Shown here piece by piece: positions 12,908 through 25,798 of a stretch of 64,000 nt of DNA. The DNA lies in NCBI RefSeq assembly GCF_006345805.1, contig NC_043009.1, positions 19,778,001-19,842,000 of the forward strand. Direction: 5' to 3'. Under the pieces are notes generated by a model. That model was not told the DNA's origin, did no database searches, and worked only from the letters and a program-made list of their open reading frames with translations. The stretch is from Octopus sinensis (taxonomy: Eukaryota). Position 1 is the stretch's first letter, and the number at the start of each line of letters is the position of its first letter. Position numbers and translations under genes: made by a program.

Positions 12908-13463
12908 AGAGGGAGAGGGAGAGAGAAAGAAACAGAGAGTGGCAGTGAGGGAGAGACAGAGAGGAAGACAAACGGAAAGAGAGGGGAGATTTAAAAACGG
13001 AGTAATATGAATTCATGAGAGAATATTTTTTTAAAGAACCGCGAAAACTGAAAAATAACAAAAAAGAAACAAAAAAAGAAAGAAAGAATCATGAGGGAGA
13101 GAGAGAGAGAGAGGAAAGAGGGGGGAGACAGGGTGGATAGAAAAAGAGAGAGAAAAAGAGAAATGAATAGAGTCGGTGTAAGATGAGATCTGAAGAAGAA
13201 GAAAAGAAAGAGCAGCGACCATAATTGTGCAAAGGAAAGAAAAGAAAGAAAAGAAAGAAGGAAATGTGAAGAAACGGTGGTGGACGGTTATGTGATGAGG
13301 GTGGAGGGTGGAGGGTTGTTTAATTGAGTAAGTTAAGGTGGGAAAGTGGAGAATACGGAGAAAGAGTTGGGCGAGAGTAACCTATTGTTCGATACAGTCG
13401 GACGATATTAATCAAATAGATCGCTTTATCGATTTCACACGGCAAATATTATTTGAACTGATG

Positions 13464-13568
<105 letters not shown>

Positions 13569-13935
13569 CGTGAGTATGTAAATAAGAACATGCACGGCAA
13601 AGACAGAGAAAACCGACAAAGACGACCATTGTTTGTTCCTGGTTTCATTTAAAGAATGGATTCAACTGAATTAAATCTGTGGAGAGAGAGATGTTGCAGG
13701 TTTCATTTGCGACACACACAACATACACACGCATATACATGCATGTGTGCGTGTGTGTATATATACATATATATATGTGTGTGTGTATATATACATACAT
13801 GCATATATTATATATGTATATATACACGGGGCAGCCACCACCATATAGACATACATACACATATTTACATGTATGTATGTTGATATATATGTGTATGTAA
13901 ATATATATATGTATATACATATACATATATATACA

Positions 13936-14038
<103 letters not shown>

Positions 14039-14154
14039 GATGTAAGCAAGTGCTTATATTTATGCCTGCACACACACACACACACACACACATATGTAGG
14101 CATATACATGTATAAAGGGACATATATGCATATTATATATATATATATATATCA

Positions 14155-14247
<93 letters not shown>

Positions 14248-14764
14248 GTCTATCTATTTATATATGTATATATCAATATATTGATGTTTTTTACGTTCAG
14301 TACTAATCAAAACAATTTTACATTAATCTCATGGGTTTCCATACTTTTGTAGAGTACATATTTATTATTCTTTAAGAAAAATATTACTGGCAGTGACTTC
14401 GAAGTTTCGGCCAGCAAAGCTACCATTGGTCTGTGCTCTGATGGGTTAGCTGACATAAACCTCAAAGTCAATGTCAATACTATTCTTGGATGCGATGGGG
14501 GTTCAGATGTACACATACATACATACACACATACATACATACATGCATACATACATATATACACACACGCGTATATATACTAATACATATGTACACATAT
14601 ATGTGTGTGCGCTTATGTACATACGTACGTATACATACAAGCGTATCTGTGTGGTAAGAAGCTCGCTTCCCAACCTCAAGTGTCTCGAGCTGATCAAAGC
14701 CTTGTGAGTGATTTGGTCGGTATCTATGTCCTTTATGAGATGGCTGACCAATTCCTAAACATCA

Positions 14765-15370
14765 ATGAAGATTAAATTTTTTTTAATAACCCAACCTTAC
14801 AACTTGTTTATCCTTCTAGCTCTGATATCCGTTGAAAAATTAAAGCTTAATTTATGGTCTAATTCATTGCAAATGCTCGACTGGTTTAATTCTATTAATA
14901 ACAAGAAGTGCACAAAGTTTATCCAGTTCCACATTTCTAGTTACTATTCTTCTTCCTGTTGTACTCAACAAAGCAGGTCTCACCCGGGATTGCTGCCTGA
15001 AAATCAATCATTAAATTTGAAAATAAGTTATGAGTCCATAAAGATGCGCCTTTTTGATCGCACGATGGGAAGTTCTGACTCAGCACACCTGGCTGATTTG
15101 GTCGGTATCTATGTCCTTTATCAGATGGCTGACCAGTTCCCAAACATCATTGGAAGTTTGTATCGTGATGATTATCTATTCGACCTTCAAAATGTTTCTA
15201 ACCAAAAATTACAAAGGGTTAAAAATAGGTTGGTTAAATTTTTCGGAAACATGGACTTAAACATTATTTTCGATGATGAAATAACTAAAACCAACTTTTT
15301 GGATATTACCCTTAACTTATATAATGATTCATATTTCCCATACCATAAACCCTCAACTAATTTAAAATAG
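14765..15370 (+). pseudogene. Penelope-like reverse transcriptase remnant
   Basis: 201-aa ORF carrying the PLE RT motifs listed above, with internal deletions and a stop at 15370. Confidence 0.85.
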
Positions 15371-15471
15371 ATCAGCTCTTTCAGTAACCATCCGAAGACT
15401 ATTGCAAGAAATTTTCGTGAACTATTCTCTATCTTTCTCTCTCTCTCTTTCTATCCACCCTGTCTCCCCTC

Positions 15472-15506
<35 letters not shown>

Positions 15507-15746
15507 CCTCATGATTCTTTCTTATCAATTCACACCGAATTAGGATAAGTTTTTCAAACACCAAAAACCTTTCAGAAATCATTTCTTCACATAACCAAAA
15601 GTTATTAAATACAAATCCACTTAATGAAAATAATAACAATGATATTATTAACACTAACTATTCTTTGAACAACAATAACAACAATATTAATATTTCTGAT
15701 ATAAAATTCAAATCGAATTCGTTTCCTTAGCAGTAATTCTAAGACT

Positions 15747-16144
15747 AGAAACTCTGTTTATCAATGTAAAATTACTTCCGGTTCCGATGTCTTTTTTTTT
15801 ACATAGGCAGTTCTTCGTTTCAGTTATTGAAAAGAATATCTAACCATTATTCTATATTTAGACATATCAATAAACGCAACAATACTGGGCTTAGTAAATT
15901 AATTTGGTCTCTAAAGGAACATAATAAACAATACGGTTTGGAATGGAAAATTCTATCTAGATCCTTCCCATATGTCACAGGTAAATCTTTTTGTCCGCTC
16001 TGTAACGAAGAGCTATTTTTCATCCTATTCTCAAGCAATACGCTTGTAAACACATTTAAACATGTTTATCGCTATAAACATTGGCAAAAAATACCTTTAG
16101 TTGCTAAAAGTAATTTCTACCAATCTATAAAATTCGACCTTTAA
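15747..16144 (+). pseudogene. GIY-YIG endonuclease remnant of the Penelope-like element
   Basis: RNSVYQCKITSGSDVF, a +1 slip in the T9 run at 15792-15800, then YIGSSSFQLLKRISNH..TGLSKLIWSLK..WKIL..CPLCNEE. Confidence 0.8.
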
Positions 16145-16460
16145 CTGTCTTCTTACATTTCATTTCCTCTACATATATCGATTTCCATGCTTTTAAACAT
16201 TATTCCCATTCATCTTTCACACTTTATTTTTCCACTCTTAATTTTCAGTTAATTTCTTTCTTAATCCTCCTTCTCTTTCTATAAATTACCTTTGACGTTA
16301 AATCTATCAAAGATTAAAAAAAAATATATCTTGCTAGCGTTCTCCTTACATCATATACTTAAGTATGCAGTAATCACATTCGGTTAAAATGGCTTATTGA
16401 TGTGCTTTGTTCCTTTTTTCCCTCCAGACGGAATGATTGCATTGTTTTACATCATTTTTA

Positions 16461-16508
16461 TTCCCTCCCGAAGAATATCAATGCTTTTTTCGAAACATAT
16501 GTTGGAAG
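16461..16508 (+). ncRNA. Degenerate hammerhead-like motif at the 3' end of the Penelope-like element
   Basis: ttcc..CCGAAGA..cGAAAcatatgtt-ggaa with palindromic AACATATGTT stem III; stem II eroded. Confidence 0.4.
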
Positions 16509-18578
16509 TATAAATGATTTGAATAAAACCTGCATTTGACTCCATTTCTTAATTCATATATATATATAATCCTTATACATATGCGTGTATACATATATTT
16601 GCATACACATAGATGCACTCACAAGCACACACGCATACGCACACACATACAAGCAAACACACACGCGCGCGCATACACATACACGCACACACCTGTGTTC
16701 ATTCTACCCCATCAACTCATCAATTTATGCTTTATAGAAGAGAAATATTCACTAAATACAAATGGATATAACACACACACATATACACACAAGAACAAAT
16801 GCACACACACACACACACGCACACGCACACGCATATGCAAAATATACACACCATGCATACGTATATATACACACATGTAAATGTGACACGCAACACTAGT
16901 TGTAAGGTACTCAAGGTCGATACCTGGGTTGATTATGCCCGTCCCTTCTGTCCACTTGAATCTTATGTCTACACAAATCCGCTCTGTGCACATATGTCTA
17001 CAGAAGTCGACATATGTCTTCATATGTCCGCATATGTCGATACATGTCCACCCATGCCCACCTCTCTAATTATACTTGGAACAATGCCATCTCACTCTTT
17101 ATTTGTTCGACAGCGTTGTGCACTTACACACATACACACACATACACATTCACTCGCTACCATACACACACATTCACAATGTTTGAAAACATACATCTAC
17201 ATTTACACACACTCATACACACGCTCGCTTGCAAAGCACGTGTATATTTATGTATACATACGCATGTACACGCGCACATATATGTGTTTTACATATGTGT
17301 GAATATGTGTATGTGTTTGTGTGTGTGCATGTGTATGTGTGTGCGTGTGCGTGCGTGTGTGTGTACACTCACATACAGTACACCCCCAACATCCAAACCT
17401 CTGTACATGAACTGTAAGCACAGATATAAATGGCAGCAATTTTCCATTTGACGTCACACTGTTTCGTCGTTCATTAGTTTCGTAAACTAACAGAAACATT
17501 TCATTGAAATTAATTACTATGTAATTAACCATGTAATTAATGTTAATTTTTTATCTTTACGTAGATTTTCAAACCCAGATTCATGAAGATGTTTCTAGAT
17601 TTCATATGAACTTACTCAGTAGTTAGAGTAACACTTTAAAAGTCATTCAGTAAAATTGAGAGACACCTCCTCACCTTCCAGGTTTAGCAATATTGGTTTC
17701 AAATTTTGGCACAAGGCCAGCAATTTCTGTGAAGGGTGAAGTCGATTGCATCGACCCACGGAAAGCTTGAAAGGAAAAGTCGACCTCGGTGGAACTTGAA
17801 CTTAGAACGAAGAGATGAACGAAATGCCGCTAAGCATCTGCTGATCGTATGTAAATAAGACGCTGATCACCGTTCTAACTATTTCCACGACGATCCCATA
17901 GTTCCTCTGACGAGCGGAAGTAGCCGCTTGTTAAATATTGTAGTTGTTACGCTGTTCCTAATTAGATTAATTATCTTTCAGATGTTATTCGGTAAGGATC
18001 CACTGTAATGATTCACTTTAATTACTCATGACCCACGACACGATTTGAACCCAGCATCACAAGTTAATCATTGATATACATCATGCTGGGTCGTTCCTTT
18101 TAATGAATGTGCCTCACTTAGTGGTTAGGGCGTTGATCTAATCGTAGGGAAGCGGGTTCGATTCCTGGACAGGGTATCACAGTGTGTCTTTGAACCAGGT
18201 ACTTCGGTTCACCTTGCCCGAGTTTACTCAGCTGTAAATGGGTACGAGGTTCACAAATGTTAATTGTTAAGTTATAGCAGTCATACACTGCCGCTCCAAG
18301 TTTATTGCCTGCCAATTTTCAACCCAAAGCAGGCCACTAACGTCATTTTAGTTTGCAGAAAATATCACAATAAATCTTTACTGGAAGCTCTGCCGTCCGC
18401 AGACGAAGCTGCCGTTAGATGGAGAACAAATCGTAAAGAAAAATAAACTGCAACAAATCAGAATTCATATTGAATTCATTTGCAGATATTTCATACAAGT
18501 CATTTCCATTAAAGTCGATAAACATAAGTGCAGTTGTTTAGTGAGATAATAGAACAAATGATAGCGATCTAAATGTAT

Positions 18579-18681
<103 letters not shown>

Positions 18682-18948
18682 GTTTTCATACGTAACCTTT
18701 TAAAACAACCAACAACCGAATATTAATAATAAATGACTCCATTGAAAGAAATCGTTGACATTTGCATTGCAATCACATATATTCACGAATGGTTTTCTAG
18801 ACAAAGCAAACAGCATTTAGTGTCTCTGAATGAATATCACATTTAAAAGATTTATGCTGTGTTGTTATCTCGTTAGAATCTATTACATGTTTACATCATT
18901 AGCGAGTTGATCGCGATAAACTCTAACATTGAGTCGGCGGCTGGCATA

Positions 18949-19011
<63 letters not shown>

Positions 19012-19199
19012 CAGTAGTTTTGTGTATAAAACAAGCATAAACGCATGAACAATTGGAGAATAGGTGAATCGGATTTGTAATGATTTCTAATCTTGATACA
19101 AAACCGTCAGTCTTTGGGCGAGGCAAGGTTAGAGTGAAGTATATCGATCTGGTATTTGATTTGCACTTTATTGTATCGGTTTTATCGTGTTAGGTCTCT

Positions 19200-19860
19200 G
19201 CCCCGCGATCTTTACAACACCCTCCTCCCCTCGGAAACCAATGAGTTTGATGCCGTTAATATTTCGATTAAACAACTGCAAATTTATGACAAGAGGAAAG
19301 ATATGTGCAGGGAAGGAATTTCAGAGGAATATTGTTCTGGCCGAAGAAGGATTAGCGGTAGGGATTAGTACAGTGTCAGAGGGGATTTGATATAATGTGA
19401 CGGATGAGAAGAAATGAGACGAGGGTATCGCGGGTTCCCAGGTGGAAAAGACTCGAGAGCGGCAAAATCCGAGAAGCAGAAATGGTCGTAGCACAAAAGG
19501 CAGAGAGGTGAGAGCATGAGGGCAGGGTTTGGGGAATGTTGATGAGAGAATTCTTAGCGATTAATCGAGAGGATTTTTCTCAGAACGAAGACTCAAATGT
19601 CTGCCGGGGTGAGTGGAACAGCAGCGTCGTCCTAGATGTGGATGTTGAACTCCATTGAAGGCCTCATTTGAGGGTCAATAGTTGTTGTTGTTGCTGTTGA
19701 GCGCTGGGAGCATTGAGTATTATCTGGTTCTGAAAAGAAAGACCAGATTTTGAGATGCAGATTCGACGCTGGAAGGGAAGAAAAGCAAAAAATATTCCGC
19801 TGTGGTTCGAAAGAGACCATTATGTACGACATATGGATTCTGCGACCCTCCTCATTCCCG
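19200..19860 (-). mobile_element. CR1/L2-group LINE 3' fragment
   Basis: QMRPSMEFNIHI*DDAA and SFF.RTI.L*NSFPAHIFPL.INLQLFNRNIN resemble the CR1/L2 RT C-terminal motifs RPSMEYCSHIW and SFFPRT..LWNSLP. Confidence 0.65.
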
Positions 19861-20329
19861 TAACCTCAAGAATCAGTTGAGATGACAGCAGCTACTATTA
19901 AATAAATATCTCTTCCTATTTATTTCTTAACGTTGATGTTGTAATGTTCATCCATTCCTTCCTTTCTTTTCATAACCGGACTTTCGAATTTCTATTCTGT
20001 CTATTCTTCAACTTTGGTAAGGTAGCGAATAAAGAGAATCACAAAAAATGCCCTGGGATATTGGTCCTGGATTCCCGGGTTTTGAGTTCGAATCTCGCTT
20101 CGGTCTACTTTATATTTAGTCCTTAGGTCGCTTCTCCTCCTCGTCTCCTCCACCTCAGCGATATTGTACACAACCGAAACCTCTTCGCTCTTGGTTTTTG
20201 GAAGAACGTAGGAGGAGATGGACTTTTTAAATATAAAATATATATATTCATGTATTGGGCTTTATTTATTCTGTTTGTCACACCCTCCTCTCTCCATCCC
20301 TCTCTCCTTCTCTCTCTTTCTCTCTCTCC

Positions 20330-20416
<87 letters not shown>

Positions 20417-20554
20417 ATCAACAAGCATATTTATGTATGTTTGCACGCACACGCATACACACATACACGTACATATATAAGTATGTATACAATCAAGCTC
20501 ACACACATATATATACGTGCATACACATACACACACACATACACACATGATGAT

Positions 20555-21200
20555 TTTTTTATGTTCACAGATGATTGCTGTCTTCTTGTGCTTCCTCCTT
20601 GTCAGAGGCATTTTCGACTTGCCGCCCATGACCTCTCAAATGACTGTTCAGTCTTATTGCAGATCTGTAAGTGTTTGAAAGGACATTGATGATAAAACCA
20701 AAATCGTAACTTACTGTTGGCTTCCAACTGATTAAGTCTGCACAAATCCCCACTCTTCCATCGTCAAAGAACTGTCAGCGGATGGAATGTCACTTGAGGT
20801 CACCAAAAACGCATGCCTGTACCTCATTGTATTAGAGTGATACATGTTTGTACATCACGAGTTCCACTCTCAGAAATGGCAGGTCTTTGAGAAATGTCGA
20901 ACCACCTCTTATCTGTTATTGTTCCCAGGTCTAACCTAACCTGGGGGCGGGGTGAGGTAGCATCTGTCAGAGTCCCGTCTATGGGTTAACTTGTATATGT
21001 GACAACAATCCATCTCGGAGCGGGGTGCACACAGAAAAACCTTTGTTTTGTGCCAGGGGACGCTGTAAAACTCTCGAGAGGGAGGGGACCCTAGCTGTTG
21101 TCACTGCATCCTTTCAGGAAATGGACTCTCTGATAGAAAACCTGCGGTTTCACGTGATTATGGGTCATCTGGCTTCGGCCTGTCCCTAGGTACTCATCAT
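20555..21200 (-). mobile_element. Probable RTE-tailed non-autonomous retroelement
   Basis: The 3' end encodes YRSAIRLNSHLRGHGR (like the RTE terminal zinc-finger remnant) and ends near a CAT-type tail. The rest has no RT similarity. Confidence 0.45.
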
Positions 21201-22372
21201 ACATACATACATACATACATACATACATACATACATGTATGTATGTATGTGTGTGTGTGAGTGTGTGTGAGTGTGTGTGTGTGTGTGTATGCGTTTTGTT
21301 GTGAATATAAACTGAAAGACAGACGACAAATATGTTACAAGTTTGCTGTCAAAAGAACACAGAAGATGGTAAAGTACTTTTGCAATTTAGTGAGTTAATA
21401 TTACTGAACAGTTTGACCAATTCCTTTGAATGTCAGCGTTGACCATTTCTTAATGATCTTCTGCTGTGTTTGGTTCCGTCTTCATTTATTTCCTTTATTC
21501 CTTTTAAACCCGTACATCATTCATATTAAACCCGCTTTGCAGATAAAATAAGTTTGTTTCATTAAATCATAGCCTTAAATTTATGATGGCAGCCTTCTCT
21601 GACAAGCCTTATTTCATCTGTTAGATGTCTCTCCCCACTCTTCTGCATTCCCTGCCCGCCTTTCATCCTCCGTTTGTCTCTCTGTCTGTCCCTGTCTCTC
21701 ATTATCTCTCTCTCTCTCTCTTCCACACTATCTCGCGCTCTCTCTATGACTCCTTCAGTAACAAGAAACTTCTTTCTTTATTACTGAAGGTGGTAGATTT
21801 TGGAGAAGCAGTTTTTAACAATGGTGCATCTGAAACACTAAAGAAGAAATAAAAATGAAAATATATCCCGAATTAGTCAGGTTTGAAATTGAATATATTT
21901 ATGAAAGTTATAAATTTGCTTTTCAGGGATCAAGCTGGCGGCCATAAAGCTGAGATAGACATTTATTTGACAACGCCATGATGAGATGTTTTGGTTATGT
22001 TCTTTCTCACGGCACCGGACCAAACCAGGCTCTCTTCACACACAAAAGCATTCTTTTAAGTATTCCTATGAGGAAGATTTCAACACAATTTTTATGCAAA
22101 AAAATGTAACAAAAATATAAACAAAGGACCATAAATTTAATAATTGCCATGTTTTCTGATCGATTATGATTAATATGTAAACATTTTGTTTGTAACTCAT
22201 AAACGAAACAGAACGTTTGACATTGGAGAAGTCGAGAAACTTAATTTATTAGATTCACGAACCATTTGATCCAACATCCGACGGAAAAACAAAATTTCGC
22301 ATCTCGAATGCATTTCTATAGAATTATATATACATATACATACATACATACATACATACATACATACATACA

Positions 22373-22404
<32 letters not shown>

Positions 22405-22421
22405 CATACGTATATATACGC

Positions 22422-22600
22422 TTTTACTTGTTTCAGTCATTTAACTGTCGCCATGCTGGAGAAGCGCCCTTAGTTGAACAAATCGACCCAGGACTTATTT
22501 TATCGGTAACTTTTGCCGAATCACTAATGTACAGGGATGTAAGCACATCAACATCGGTTATCAAGCGATAGTGGAAGGGACCAACACAGACACACGAACA
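22422..22600 (-). mobile_element. SINE family E copy (ttttacttgtttcagtcatt..gccatgctggag..)
   Basis: Other copies at about 9362-9540, 29525-29680 and 36525-36570; shares a gata.aataagtac motif with family A. Confidence 0.8.
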
Positions 22601-22633
22601 CACATACGCATCTATCTATCTATCTATCTATCT

Positions 22634-23196
22634 AAACAACCAACAACAACGAAAACAACAACACAACCACTTACACAGACATACATAGAAGCCCACAACA
22701 TACCCCTACCCCCTTCTGATTCCTCAGAAATTTCGTCGGAAGACGAAACCAGTGAGGAATGGCAAATAGCTACAAAAAGAAGGAAAATAAAGAGCAGAAA
22801 CACAACCAAACCAAATGCAAACACGAACAAAGCAGGGGGAAATACATCTCCCGAAGACATTTCAAAACCCAACGCAAACAACAGCCACACCAACACACAC
22901 AAAAACATATACAGCAAACATGCTCACAGCCATAGACACCAAAAACACAAATTTGATGGATACATCCAATCAAAAACAAACATAACAGAAGATGACATAA
23001 AAACAAACAACCACCATACACAACACCACCAGACCACATCAAAATAATACACATCTCCAAAAGTCTGCACCACACACTCAAAGGCATTTTCCCCAGTGCG
23101 GTTGGTAAATGCCAAAAATATCTCACAAAGAAACTGTACTGGGATCTTCTCGAGGACAAACCAACGGAGGAGAAAGCAAAAACTTTCGAGCAGTAA
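22634..23196 (+). pseudogene. C-terminal remnant of LINE ORF1 (frameshifted, N-terminus missing)
   Basis: Low-complexity T/N/K-rich frame (to 23047) overlaps a second open frame 22996-23196 (..GIFPSAVGKCQKYLTKKLYWDLLEDKPTEEKAKTFEQ*), ending 31 nt before the ORF2 ATG. No zinc knuckle seen. Confidence 0.55.
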
Positions 23197-23227
23197 GTAA
23201 CCCTCTGTATTCTAATTCATTAGAACT

Positions 23228-25798
23228 ATGATCAAGATTGGTTGTGTAAATGCGCGTGGCTTGGGGTCCCCTTGGAAACAAGGGTACCTCTTAAATGACA
23301 TAAAGTCACATAAGTTAGAAATCATAGCCATAAGCGAGACCAGACTCCACAATCCGCGGGCCCTAAAGACCATGTTTGGCGGACAGTTCAACATTTATTT
23401 TTCCCCCTGTCTGCCGAGAATGGGCGGTAGTGGCACCGCGGTACTTTTTCACAAGAGTCTGGATCTCAATGTAAGGACAATATTCGTAGACCCGGAGGGT
23501 AGACTGGTCGTCCTGGATGTCGACGGCAGCAATGGGTGCGCTTTTCGGCTCGTATCAGTTTACGCACCGCCCTTAACAGGTCGGGCGGATTTCTTTCAAC
23601 GTCTAGAAGTTTTCTTGGGAACGTCTCGTCCTTTACTCTTAGTGGGGGATTGGAATGCTACCTTGGACACGCATGTAGACTACGTGGGTAGAGATAGGAA
23701 TAGACGGGGATGCAAATGCCTCAGAGACCTGCTCAGACGCTTTCAACTGTCTGACAGGTTTCGACTAGACCACCCGAATGCGCCAACGTGGACATGGAGC
23801 AACCGCATCGGGTCGTCGAGATCGTATCTAGATAGGATACTGTGTAGGACAGTAGATAGAGATAGCATAGGATGTCCACAATTCCACATAGTCAGCTACA
23901 CGGATCACAAACTTGTGACATGTACGCTAGACTTAGGTAAGACACTTAGGCAGGGTCCCGGATACTGGAAACTAAACGCGTCTTTCCCATCGAGACAAGT
24001 TTTCAGAGACCGGATTAGCACACTAGTAAAGAGGGCTTTGACGGGAGCCATCATCAACAACAAATGGTGGTTTGCCCTCAAGAGAGCAGTAAAAGCAGAA
24101 GCGATTAGGTACAGCAAAGCACTAGCCATAGATAGAAATAGAGTAGAGGGTGAGCTAGTTAAGAAGCTAGAAGAGGCAATTAGAAGCGGCATCGCATCCG
24201 ACGTTTTGGCGGCGAGGTTGGCCCTCGACCAACACTTCAACGCCAAACACGAAGGATGTGCTGTCAGAGCTAGGATGCGTGCTCTAAGGAACGAAGGTGT
24301 TGGAGCCGCGAGAGAGGCCCGGGTGGCAGAGGCGCAACAGGGCAACAAAGCCACCATTCGGTCACTGGTAGATGAACAGGGGCGCGAATTGCTCGAGCCA
24401 AGTAAAATGTGTGAGGCCTTTCAGCAGCATTTTGCCCGACTGTTCGGAACGAGTGGAGGGCAAGAACGTAGGGTGGACTTCAGTGCCTACCTACATAGCC
24501 TACCACGACTCTCGACAAGAAAGGCAGGGTGCTGCGAAGGTGCCATCACGGCGGCGGAAGTGCGGGAAGCGATGGCAGAATGCTCGAGGGACAAATCACC
24601 GGGTTTGGATGGTCTACCCTACGAGCTTTACAATTGTATGCCAGACTTGTTTGGAGATCTCTTGGCGGCGGTGTACTGCAACTGGCAGCAAAACGGGAGC
24701 ATTCCTGGTTTTGTGAGCCGAGGAGCCGTAACACTGCTGAAGAAAGATCTAAACAAGGGAAATGTAATAGATAACTTTAGGCCCATCACTCTGCTTAATG
24801 CAGACTTGAAAATTTTGGCCAAGGTGCTAGCCAAGAGGTTGGCGCTTGTCATCGAGAAACTGGTCGACAAGGCGCAAACATGCGCCGTGCCAGGCCGGAC
24901 CATCCATGACAACCTCCATCTGATGCGCTACATCATAGACAGGGTAGTTAACGAACCTGGCATGGGTGGGGCCCTGATCAACTTGGATCAATCAAAAGCC
25001 TTTGATAGGGTAGACCATCGATACTTGGAGGCAGTCCTGAGAGCGGCTGGTTTCGGTCCCGTCTTCCGCGGCTGGATAGCTGCCTTGTACAGAGGCATCC
25101 GTTCGGTAATTCGCGTAAATGGACATCTATCGAGACCTTTCGACATTGCACGTTCGGTCCGTCAGGGATGCCCCCTCTCGGCGCTTCTATACGTATTGAC
25201 TCTTGAGCCACTACTGCGGAAGCTGGCGACTCTAAGGGGCATCCCGCGAGAATTGGGATGCGGGACGAGCGTGTCTGCATACGCGGACGACGTCACCGTC
25301 ATAGTGTCTAGCCACGAGCACATCGAGCTGGTCGGCGAGACACTGAAAAACTACGAAGCGGTGACAGGAGCGAAAATCAACCGGGAAAAGTCAGTGGGCT
25401 TGCGACTAGGCACCTGGAGAAGCAAGCCCATGCCGTCCACCAGCGCCTCCGTCGTGGGACGCTGGACCGACGGCCCGGTTGAGTTGCTCGGGGTCTGGTT
25501 TGGTCCGGACCTCCAAGTGGAGAAGAACTGGAACGAGATAACGAGTAGGGTGGTCACTCTCGCCCGGCAATGGGCCGAGAGGAAACTGTCCCTAAAAGGT
25601 CGAGCGGAGGTGGCGAACACGTACATCGCGTCCGTCATCTACTACCGCCTGACCGTCGTACCTTGTCCCGACCCTACCATCACCAAACTACAACGCATCC
25701 TCTTTCGCTTCTTGTGGAAAGGATGCGTCCCGATGGTCAGGCGATCCATTTGCTGTCAACACCCGTTAAAAGGAGGGCTGGGCATGTGCCGTGGTTGA
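23228..25798 (+). CDS. LINE ORF2 part 1: apurinic-like endonuclease plus reverse transcriptase
   Basis: APE motifs GCVNARGL, ISET, VYAP, VGDWNA, SYLDRI, TDHKLV; RT motifs KSPGLDGLP, FRPITLLNADLKILAK, LDQSKAFDRVDH, RQGCPLS, YADDVTV, LLGVWF. Ends GGLGMCRG* because of a frameshift. Confidence 0.93.
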   Translation: MIKIGCVNARGLGSPWKQGYLLNDIKSHKLEIIAISETRLHNPRALKTMFGGQFNIYFSPCLPRMGGSGTAVLFHKSLDLNVRTIFVDPEGRLVVLDVDGSNGCAFRLVSVYAPPLTGRADFFQRLEVFLGTSRPLLLVGDWNATLDTHVDYVGRDRNRRGCKCLRDLLRRFQLSDRFRLDHPNAPTWTWSNRIGSSRSYLDRILCRTVDRDSIGCPQFHIVSYTDHKLVTCTLDLGKTLRQGPGYWKLNASFPSRQVFRDRISTLVKRALTGAIINNKWWFALKRAVKAEAIRYSKALAIDRNRVEGELVKKLEEAIRSGIASDVLAARLALDQHFNAKHEGCAVRARMRALRNEGVGAAREARVAEAQQGNKATIRSLVDEQGRELLEPSKMCEAFQQHFARLFGTSGGQERRVDFSAYLHSLPRLSTRKAGCCEGAITAAEVREAMAECSRDKSPGLDGLPYELYNCMPDLFGDLLAAVYCNWQQNGSIPGFVSRGAVTLLKKDLNKGNVIDNFRPITLLNADLKILAKVLAKRLALVIEKLVDKAQTCAVPGRTIHDNLHLMRYIIDRVVNEPGMGGALINLDQSKAFDRVDHRYLEAVLRAAGFGPVFRGWIAALYRGIRSVIRVNGHLSRPFDIARSVRQGCPLSALLYVLTLEPLLRKLATLRGIPRELGCGTSVSAYADDVTVIVSSHEHIELVGETLKNYEAVTGAKINREKSVGLRLGTWRSKPMPSTSASVVGRWTDGPVELLGVWFGPDLQVEKNWNEITSRVVTLARQWAERKLSLKGRAEVANTYIASVIYYRLTVVPCPDPTITKLQRILFRFLWKGCVPMVRRSICCQHPLKGGLGMCRG

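Larger units (their letters stand above)
14709..16560 (+). mobile_element. Decayed Penelope-like element (RT + GIY-YIG endonuclease)
   Basis: RT motifs WFNSINNKKCTKFIQFHISSYY, MGSSDSAHLADLVG, LYRDD, FLDITLNL..YFPYHKP; Asn-rich linker; GIY-YIG region; 3' terminus with hammerhead-like core and AATAAA near 16522. Confidence 0.85.
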
